A DNA stretch of 64,000 nucleotides from the human T2T-CHM13v2.0 reference genome, Homo sapiens: assembly GCF_009914755.1 (NCBI RefSeq), contig NC_060928.1; one strand, given 5' to 3'. The notes beneath the pieces were generated by a model, which saw only the letters and a list, made by a program, of their open reading frames with translations, had not been told where the DNA came from and ran no database searches. Positions within the stretch are counted from its first letter, which is position 1; each line of letters starts with the position of its first letter. Of this stretch, positions 54,401 to 64,000 are shown piece by piece. The position numbers and the translations under genes were made by a program.

Positions 54401-57400
54401 TTGGATACAGCATTTTGGAAACATTCCTTGAGTAGAATCTGCAAGTTGATATTTAGATAGATTTGAAGATTTCGTTGGAAAAGGGAATATCTCCATATAA
54501 AATCTAGAGGGAAGCATTCTCAGAAACTGCTTTGTGATGTTTCCATTCAAGTCACAGAGTTGAATATTCCCTTTTATAGAGCACGTTTGAAACACTCTTT
54601 CTGCACTATCTGGAAGTGGACATTTCGAGCGCTTTGAGGCCTATGGTGAAAAAGGAAATATCTTCCCATAAAAACTAGACAGAAGCATTCTCAGAAACTT
54701 GTTTGTGATGTGTGTATTCAACTAACAGAGTTGAACTTTTGTTTTTACAGAGCCGTTTTTAAACACTCTTTTTGTGGAATCAGAAAGTGGATATTCGGAT
54801 GGCTCTGAGGATTTCGTTGGAAGCGGGATTACTTATAAAATCTAGAGAGAAGCATTCTCAGGAACTTCTTTGTGATCTTTGCATTGAAGTCACAGAATTG
54901 AACATTCACTTTGATAGAGCAGGTTTGAAACACTCATTCTGTAGTATCTGGAAGTGGACATTTCAAGCGCTTTCAGGCCTATGGTGAGAAAGGAAATATC
55001 TTTGAATAAAAACTAGACAGAAGCATCCTCAGAAACTTATTTGTGATGTGTGTCCTCAACTAACAGAGTTGAAACTTTGTTTTGATACAGCATTTTGGAA
55101 ACACTCTTTTTGTAGAATCTGCAGGTGGATATTTGGATAGCTTAGAGGGATTCGTTGGAAAGGGGATATCTTCATATAAAATCTAGACAGAAGCATTCTC
55201 AGAAACTTATTTGTGATGTGTGTCCTCAACTAACAGAGTTGAACCTTGGTTTTGATACAGCATTTTGGAAACACTCCTTTTGTAGAATGTGCAGGTGGAT
55301 ATGTGGATAGCTCTGAAGATTTCGTTGGAAACGGGAATTTCTTCATATAAAATCAAACAGAAGCATTCTCAGAAACTTCTCAGTGATGTTTGCATTCAGC
55401 TCATGGAGTTGAACACTTCCTTTCATAGAGCCGGTTTGAAACACTCTTTCTGCACTACCTGGAAGAGGACATTTCGAGCGCTTTGAGTCCTGTGGTGGAA
55501 AAGGAAATATCTTCTCATAAAAACCAGAAAGAAGCATTCTCAGAAACTTCTTTGTGTTGTGTGTACTCATGTAACAGTGTTGAACCATCCTTTTGACAGA
55601 GCAGTTTTGAAACACTCTTTTTGTAGAATCTGCAAGTGGATATTTGGATAGCTTTGAGGATTTCGTTGGAAACGGGATGACATATAATATCTAGAGAGAA
55701 GCATTCTCAGGAACTTCTTTGTGATGTTTGCATTCAAGTCACAGAATTGAACATTCCCTTTCATAGAGCAGGTTTGAAACACTCTTTCTCTAGTATCTGG
55801 AAGTGGGCATTTCAAGCGCTTTCAGGCCTATGGAGAGAAAGGAAATACCTTCAAATAAAAACTAGACAGAAGCATTCTCAGAAACTTATTTGTGATGTGT
55901 GTCCTCAACTAACAGCGTTGAACCTTTGTTTTGATACAGCATTTTGGAAACACTCCTTTTGTAGAATCTGCAGGTGGATATTTGGATACCTTTGAAGATT
56001 TCGTTGGAAACCGGAATATCTTCATATAAAATCAAGGCAGAAGCATTCTCGGAAACATCTCTGTGATGTTTGCATTCAACTCAGTAGAGCTGAACACTTC
56101 CTTTCATAGAGCCGGTTTGAAACACTCTTTCTGCACTACCTGGAAGCGGACATTTCGAGCGCTTTGAGGCCTATGGTGAAAAAGGAAATATCTTCTCATA
56201 AAAACCAGAAAGAAGCATTCTCAGAAACTTCTTTGTGTTGTGTGTACTCAAGTAACAGTGTTGAACCTTCCTTTTGACACAGCAGTTTTGAAACACTCTT
56301 TTGGTAGAATCTGCAAGTGGATATTTGGATAGCTTTGAGGATTTCGTTGGAAACGGGTTATCTTCATATAAAATCCAGACAGGAGTATTCTCAGAAACTT
56401 CTTTGTGCTGCATGTCCTCAATTCACAGAGCTGAACCTTTGTTTGGATACAGCATTTTGGAAACATTCCTTTAGTAGAATCTGCAAGTTCATATTTAGAT
56501 AGCTTTGAAGATTTCGTTGGAAACGGGAATATCTTCATAGAAAATCTAGACGGAAGCATTCTCAGAAACTGCTTTGTGATGTTTGCATTCAAGTCACAGA
56601 GTTGAATATTCCCTTTTATAGAGTAGGTTTGAAACACTCTTTTGGCACTACCTGGAAGTGGATATTTCGAGCTCTTTGAGGCCTATGGTTAAAAGGAAAT
56701 ATCTTCCCATAAAAACTAGACAGAAGCTGTCTCAGAAACTTGTTTGTGATGTGTGTATTCAACTAACAGAGTTGAACATTTCTGTTACAGAGCAATTTTA
56801 AAACACTCTTTTTGTGGAATCTGAAAGTGGATAATTGGATAGCTTTGTGGATTTCGTTGGAAACGGGATGACGTATAAAATCTAGAGAGAAGCATTCTCA
56901 GGAACTTCTTTCTGATGTTTGCATTCAAGTCACAGAATTGAACATTCCTTTTCATAGTGCAGGTTTGAAACACTCTTTCTGTAGTATCTGGAAGTGGACA
57001 TTTCAAGCGCTTTCAGGCCTACGGGGAGAAAGGAAATATCTTCAAATAAAAACTAGACAGAAGGATTCTCAGAAACTTATTTGTGATGTGTGTCCTAAAC
57101 GAACACAGTTGAACCTTTGTTTTGATACAGCATTTTGGAAACACTCCTTTTGTAGGATCTGCAGGTGGATATTTGGATAGATTTTAAGATTTCGTTGGAA
57201 ACGGGAGTTTCTTCATAGAAACTCAAGACAGATGCATTCTCAGAAACATCTCTGTGATGTTTGCATTCCACTCATAGAGTTGAAAACTTCCTTTCATAGA
57301 GCAGGTTTGAAACACTCTTTTTGTAATATTTGGAAGTGGACATTTGCAGCGCTTTGAGGCCTATGGTGAAAAAGGAAATATCTTCTCATAAAAACCAGAA

Positions 57401-60400
57401 ACAAGCATTCTCAGAAACTTCTTTTTGATGTGTGTACTCAAGTAACAGAGTTGAACCTTCCTTTTGACACAGCAGTTTTGAAACAATCTTTTTGTAGAAT
57501 CTGCAAGTGGATATTTGGATAGCTTTGAGGATTTCGTTGGAAACGGGATATCTTCATATAAAATCTAGACAGAAGCATTCTCAGAAACTTCTTTGTGCTG
57601 TATGTCCTCAATTAACAGAGTTGAACCATTGCTTGGATACAGCATTTTGGAAACATTCCTTGAGTAGAATCTGCAAGTTGATATTTAGATAGATTTGAAG
57701 ATTTCGTTGGAAAAGGGAATATCTCCATATAAAATCTAGAGGGAAGCATTCTCAGAAACTGCTTTGTGATGTTTCCATTCAAGTCACAGAGTTGAATATT
57801 CCCTTTTATAGAGCACGTTTGAAACACTCTTTCTGCACTATCTGGAAGTGGACATTTCGAGCGCTTTGAGGCCTATGGTGAAAAAGGAATTATCTTCCCA
57901 TAAAAACTAGACAGAAGCATTCTCAGAAACTTGTTTGTGATGTGTGTATTCAACTAACAGAGTTGAACTTTTGTTTTTACAGAGCCGTTTTTAAACACTC
58001 TTTTTGTGGAATCAGAAAGTGGATATTCGGATGGCTCTGAGGATTTCGTTGGAAGCGGGATTACGTATAAAATCTAGAGAGAAGCATTCTCAGGAACTTC
58101 TTTGTGATGTTTGCATTGAAGTCACAGAATTGAACATTCACTTTGATAGAGCAGGTTTGAAACACTCATTCTGTAGTATCTGGAAGTGGACATTTCAAGC
58201 GCTTTCAGGCCTATGGTGAGAAAGGAAATATCTTCGAATAAAAACTAGACAGAAGCATCCTCAGAAACTTATTTGTGATGTGTGTCCTCAACTAACAGAG
58301 TTGAAACTTTGTTTTGATACAGCATTTTGGAAACACTCTTTTTGTAGAATCTGCAGGTGGATATTTGGATAGCTTAGAGGGATTCGTTGGAAAGGGGATA
58401 TCTTCATATAAAATCTAGACAGAAGCATTCTCAGAAACTTATTTGTGATGTGTGTCCTCAACTAACAGAGTTGAACCTTGGTTTTGATACAGCATTTTGG
58501 AAACACTCCTTTTGTAGAATGTGCAGGTGGATATGTGGATAGCTCTGAAGATTTCGTTGGAAACGGGAATTTCTTCATATAAAATCAAACAGAAGCATTC
58601 TCAGAAACTTCTCAGTGATGTTTGCATTCAGCTCATGGAGTTGAACACTTCCTTTCATAGAGCCGGTTTGAAACACTCTTTCTGCACTACCTGGAAGAGG
58701 ACATTTCGAGCGCTTTGAGTCCTATGGTGAAAAAGGAAATATCTTCTCATAAAAACCAGAAAGAAGCATTCTCAGAAACTTCTTTGTGTTGTGTGTACTC
58801 ATGTAACAGTGTTGAACCATCCTTTTGACAGAGCAGTTTTGAAACACTCTTTTTGTAGAATCTGCAAGTGGATATTTGGATAGCTTTGAGGATTTCGTTG
58901 GAAACGGGATGACATATAATATCTAGAGAGAAGCATTCTCAGGAACTTCTTTGTGATGTTTGCATTCGAGTCACAGAATTGAACATTCCCTTTCATAGAG
59001 CAGGTTTGAAACACTCTTTCTCTAGTATCTGGAAGTGGGCATTTCAAGCGCTTTCAGGCCTATGGAGAGAAAGGAAATACCTTCAAATAAAAACTAGACA
59101 GAAGCATTCTCAGAAACTTATTTGTGATGTGTGTCCTCAACTAACAGAGTTGAACCTTTGTTTTGATACAGCATTTTGGAAACACTCCTTTTGTAGAATC
59201 TGCAGGTGGATATTTGGATAGCTTTGAAGATTTCGTTGGAAACCGGAATATCTTCATATAAAATCAAGACAGAAGCATTCTCGGAAACATCTCTGTGATG
59301 TTTGCATTCAACTCAGTAGAGTTGAACACTTCCTTTCATAGAGCAGGTTTGAAACACTCTTTCTGCACTACCTGGAAGCGGACATTTCGAGCACTTTGAG
59401 GCCTATGGTGAAAAAGGAAATATCTTCTCATAAAAACCAGAAAGAAGCATTCTCAGAAACTTCTTTGTGTTGTGTGTACTCAAGTAACAGTGTTGAACCT
59501 TCCTTTTGACAGAGCAGTTTTGAAACACTCTTTTGGTAGAATCTGCAAGTGGATATTTGGATACCTTTGAGGATTTCGTTGGAAACGGGTTATCTTCATA
59601 TAAAATCCAGACAGGAGCATTCTCAGAAACTTCTTTGTGCTGTATGTCCTCAATTCACAGAGCTGAACCTTTGTTTGGATACAGCATTTTGGAGACATTC
59701 CTTTAGTAGAATCTGCAAGTTGATATTTAGATAGCTTTGAAGATTTCGTTGGAAACGGGAATATCTTCATAGAAAATCTAGACGGAAGCATTCTCAGAAA
59801 CTGCTTTGTGATGTTTGCATTCAAGTCACAGAGTTGAATATTCCCTTTTATAGAGTAGGTTTGAAACACTCTTTCGGCACTACCTGGAAGTGGATATTTC
59901 GAGCTCTTTGAGGCCTATGGTTAAAAGGAAATATCTTCCCATAAAAACTAGACAGAAGCCGTCTCAGAAACTTGTTTGTGATGTGTGTATTCAACTAACA
60001 GAGTTGAACATTTCTGTTACAGAGCAATTTTAAAACACTCTTTTTGTGGAATCTGAAAGTGGATAATTGGATAGCTTTGTGGATTTCGTTGGAAACGGGA
60101 TGACGTATAAAATCTAGAGAGAAGCATTCTCAGGAACTTCTTTCTGATGTTTGCATTCAAGTCACAGAATTGAACATTCCTTTTCATAGTGCAGGTTTGA
60201 AACACTCTTTCTGTAGTATCTGGAAGTGGACATTTCAAGCGCTTTCCGGCCTATGGGGAGAAAGGAAATATCTTCAAATAAAAACTAGACAGAAGGATTC
60301 TCAGAAACTTATTTGTGATGTGTGTCCTAAACGAACACAGTTGAACCTTTGTTTTGATACAGCATTTTGGAAACACTCCTTTTGTAGGATCTGCAGGTGG

Positions 60401-63400
60401 ATATTTGGATAGATTTTAAGATTTCGTTGTAAACGGGAGTTTCTTCATAGAAACTCAAGACAGATGCATTCTCAGAAACTTCTCTGTGATGTTTGCATTC
60501 CACTCATAGAGTTGAAAACTTCCTTTCATAGAGCAGGTTTGAAACACTCTTTTTGTAATATTTGGAAGTGTACATTTGCAGCGCTTTGAGGCCTATGGTG
60601 AAAAAGGAAATATCTTCTCATAAAAACCAGAAACAAGCATTCTCAGAAACTTCTTTTTGATGTGTGTACTCAAGTAACAGAGTTGAACCTTCCTTTTGAC
60701 ACAGCAGTTTTGAAACAATCTTTTTGTAGAATCTGCAAGTGGATATTTGGATAGCTTTGAGGATTTCGTTGGAAACGGGATATCTTCATATAAAATCTAG
60801 ACAGAAGCATTCTCAGAAACTTCTTTGTGCTGTATGTCCTCAATTAACAGAGTTGAACCATTGCTTGGATACAGCATTTTGGAAACATTCCTTTAGTAGA
60901 ATCTGCAAGTTGATATTTAGATAGATTTGAAGATTTCGTTGGAAACGGGAATATCTCCATAGAAAATCTAGACGGAAGCATTCTCAGAAACTGCTTTGTG
61001 ATGTTTCCATTCAAGTCACAGAGTTGAATATTCCCTTTTATAGAGCACGTTTGAAACACTCTTTCTGCACTATCTGGAAGTGGACATTTCGAGCGCTTTG
61101 AGGCCTATGGTGAAAAAGGAATTATCTTCCCATAAAAACTAGACAGAAGCATTCTCAGAAACTTGTTTGTGATGTGTGTATTCAACTAACAGAGTTGAAC
61201 TTTTGTTTTTACAGAGCCGTTTTTAAACACTCTTTTTGTGGAATCAGAAAGTGGATATTCGGATGGCTCTGAGGATTTCGTTGGAAGCGGGATTACGTAT
61301 AAAATCTAGAGAGAAGCATTCTCAGGAACTTCTTTGTGATGTTTGCATTGAAGTCACAGAATTGAACATTCACTTTGATAGAGCAGGTTTGAAACACTCA
61401 TTCTGTAGTATCTGGAAGTGGACATTTCAAGCGCTTTCAGGCCTATGGTGAGAAAGGAAATATCTTCGAATAAAAACTAGACAGAAGCATCCTCAGAAAC
61501 TTATTTGTGATGTGTGTCCTCAACTAACAGAGTTGAAACTTTGTTTTGATACAGCATTTTGGAAACACTCTTTTTGTAGAATCTGCAGGTGGATATTTGG
61601 ATAGCTTAGAGGGATTCGTTGGAAAGGGGATATCTTCATATAAAATCTAGACAGAAGCATTCTCAGAAACTTATTTGTGATGTGTGTCCTCAACAAACAG
61701 AGTTGAACCTTGGTTTTGATACAGCATTTTGGAAACACTCCTTTTGTAGAATCTGCAGGTGGATATGTGGATAGCTCTGAAGATTTCGTTGGAAACGGGA
61801 ATTTCTTCATATAAAATCAAACAGAAGCATTCTCAGAAACTTCTCAGTGATGTTTGCATTCAGCTCATGGAGTTGAACACTTCCTTTCATAGAGCCGGTT
61901 TGAAACACTCTTTCTGCACTACCTGGAAGAGGACATTTCGAGCGCTTTGAGTCCTATGGTGAAAAAGGAAATATCTTCTCATAAAAACCAGAAAGAAGCA
62001 TTCTCAGAAACTTCTTTGTGTTGTGTGTACTCATGTAACAGTGTTGAACCATCCTTTTGACAGAGCAGTTTTGAAACACTCTTTTTATAGAATCTGCAAG
62101 TGGATATTTGGATAGCTTTGAGGATTTCGTTGGAAACGGGATGACATATAATATCTAGAGAGAAGCATTCTCAGGAACTTCTTTGTGATGTTTGCATTCA
62201 AGTCACAGAATTGAACATTCCCTTTCATAGAGCAGGTTTGAAACACTCTTTCTCTAGTATCTGGAAGTGGGCATTTCAAGCGCTTTCAGGCCTATGGAGA
62301 GAAAGGAAATACCTTCAAATAAAAACTAGACAGAAGCATTCTCAGAAACTTATTTGTGATGTGTGTCCTCAACTAACAGAGTTGAACCTTTGTTTTGATA
62401 CAGCATTTTGGAAACACTCCTTTTGTAGAATCTGCAGGTGGATATTTGGATAGCTTTGAAGATTTCGTTGGAAACCGGAATATCTTCATATAAAATCAAG
62501 ACAGAAGCATTCTCGGAAACATCTCTGTGATGTTTGCATTCAACTCAGTAGAGTTGAACACTTCCTTTCATAGAGCAGGTTTGAAACACTCTTTCTGCAC
62601 TACCTGGAAGCGGACATTTCGAGCGCTTTGAGGCCTATGGTGAAAAAGGAAATATCTTCTCATAAAAACCAGAAAGAAGCATTCTCAGAAACTTCTTTGT
62701 GTTGTGTGTACTCAAGTAACAGTGTTGAACCTTCCTTTTGACACAGCAGTTTTGAAACACTCTTTTGGTAGAATCTGCAAGTGGATATTTGGATAGCTTT
62801 GAGGATTTCGTTGGAAACGGGTTATCTTCATATAAAATCCAGACAGGAGCATTCTCAGAAACTTCTTTGTGCTGTATGTCCTCAATTCACAGAGCTGAAC
62901 CTTTGTTTGGATACAGCATTTTGGAGACATTCCTTTAGTAGAATCTGCAAGTTGATATTTAGATAGCTTTGAAGATTTCGTTGGAAACGGGAATATCTTC
63001 ATAGAAAATCTAGACGGAAGCATTCTCAGAAACTGCTTTGTGATGTTTGCATTCAAGTCACAGAGTTGAATATTCCCTTTTATAGAGTAGGTTTGAAACA
63101 CTCTTTCGGCACTACCTGGAAGTGGATATTTCGAGCTCTTTGAGGCCTATGGTTAAAAAGAAATATCTTCCCATAAAAACTAGACAGAAGCCGTCTCAGA
63201 AACTTGTTTGTGATGTGTGTATTCAACTAACAGAGTTGAACATTTCTGTTACAGAGCAATTTTAAAACACTCTTTTTGTGGAATCTGAAAGTGGATAATT
63301 GGATAGCTTTGTGGATTTCGTTGGAAACGGGATGACGTATAAAATCTAGAGAGAAGCATTCTCAGGAACTTCTTTCTGATGTTTGCATTCAAGTCACAGA

Positions 63401-64000
63401 ATTGAACATTCCTTTTCATAGTGCAGGTTTGAAACACTCTTTCTGTAGTATCTGGAAGTGGACATTTCAAGCGCTTTCAGGCCTACGGGGAGAAAGGAAA
63501 TATCTTCAAATAAAAACTAGACAGAAGGATTCTCAGAAACTTATTTGTGATGTGTGTCCTAAACGAACACAGTTGAACCTTTGTTTTGATACAGCATTTT
63601 GGAAACACTCCTTTTGTAGGATCTGCAGGTGGATATTTGGATAGATTTTAAGATTTCGTTGGAAACGGGAGTTTCTTCATATAAACTCAAGACAGATGCA
63701 TTCTCAGAAACTTCTCTGTGATGTTTGCATTCCACTCATAGAGTTGAAAACTTCCTTTCATAGAGCAGGTTTGAAACACTCTTTTTGTAATATTTGGAAG
63801 TGGACATTTGCAGCGCTTTGAGGCCTATGGTGAAAAAGGAAATATCTTCTCATAAAAACCAGAAACAAGCATTCTCAGAAACTTCTTTTTGATGTGTGTA
63901 CTCAAGTAACAGAGTTGAACCTTCCTTTTGACACAGCAGTTTTGAAACAATCTTTTTGTAGAATCTGCAAGTGGATATTTGGATAGCTTTGAGGATTTCG

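Larger units (their letters stand above)
1..64000 (+). repeat. Alpha satellite (ALR/Alpha) higher-order repeat array, probably human D4Z1 / S2C4H1L (chr4 live centromeric array)
   Basis: Head-to-tail ~171-bp monomers starting CATTCTCAGAAACT, each ending in a CENP-B-box-type or pJalpha-type site. Dominant period is 3232 bp = 19 monomers (measured lengths 170,171,170,166,171,171,171,170,171,171,167,171,170,170,171,167,171,171,172). Alpha satellite identity is certain. The D4Z1 label rests on the recalled 19-mer/3.2-kb size (about 0.85 confidence). Confidence 0.98.

Noticed and set aside
60422-60438. Variant box TTTCGTTGTAAACGGGA as a CENP-B knockout
   Set aside because: The change is at a non-core N position, and the 9 essential bases remain.
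32-63644. Many ORFs of 61-129 aa on both strands
   Set aside because: They are translations of satellite monomers recurring with the HOR period. They overlap on opposite strands, many use non-ATG starts, and they show no recognisable domains.
1-64000. CRISPR-like or repeat-spacer system (conserved motifs every ~171 bp)
   Set aside because: The intervening sequences are homologous monomer bodies rather than unique spacers, and there are no cas genes.
1-64000. Embedded L1/Alu, inversion or non-satellite insert
   Set aside because: All spacings are whole-monomer multiples and orientation is constant. I saw no poly-A tail or foreign sequence.
1-64000. Possibility that this is a synthetic (Markov-modelled) centromere reference sequence
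   Set aside because: Private SNVs stay linked over 3-6 kb duplications, which a short-range monomer model would be unlikely to produce. This cannot be fully excluded without provenance.

Overview
All 64 kb is one uninterrupted, single-orientation array of primate centromeric alpha satellite (166-172 bp monomers) organised as a higher-order repeat (HOR). The dominant unit is a 3232-bp 19-mer. That size and the SF2-like monomers match, from memory and unverified, human chromosome 4 D4Z1 (S2C4H1L). I see no genes, RNA genes, transposons, inversions or CRISPR arrays, and every listed ORF is a repeat by-product. I found no new protein-coding system. The interest lies in the array's architecture. 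Spacings between successive copies of one marker monomer are 3062, 3062, 3062, 1871, 3232x3, 4085, 3232x3, 2041, 3232x3, 1363, 2042, 3232x3, i.e. 18-, 11-, 19-, 24-, 12-, 8- and 12-mer units. The 19-mer decomposes into 7+8+4 paralogous sub-blocks. Several junctions can be resolved to 15-30 bp of homology, one of them inside a CENP-B box. One normal-length 19-mer hides a chimeric segment. Monomer numbering m1-m19 is my own (m1 starts at 77, 14365, etc.). Variant positions were read by eye and may be off by a few bp.
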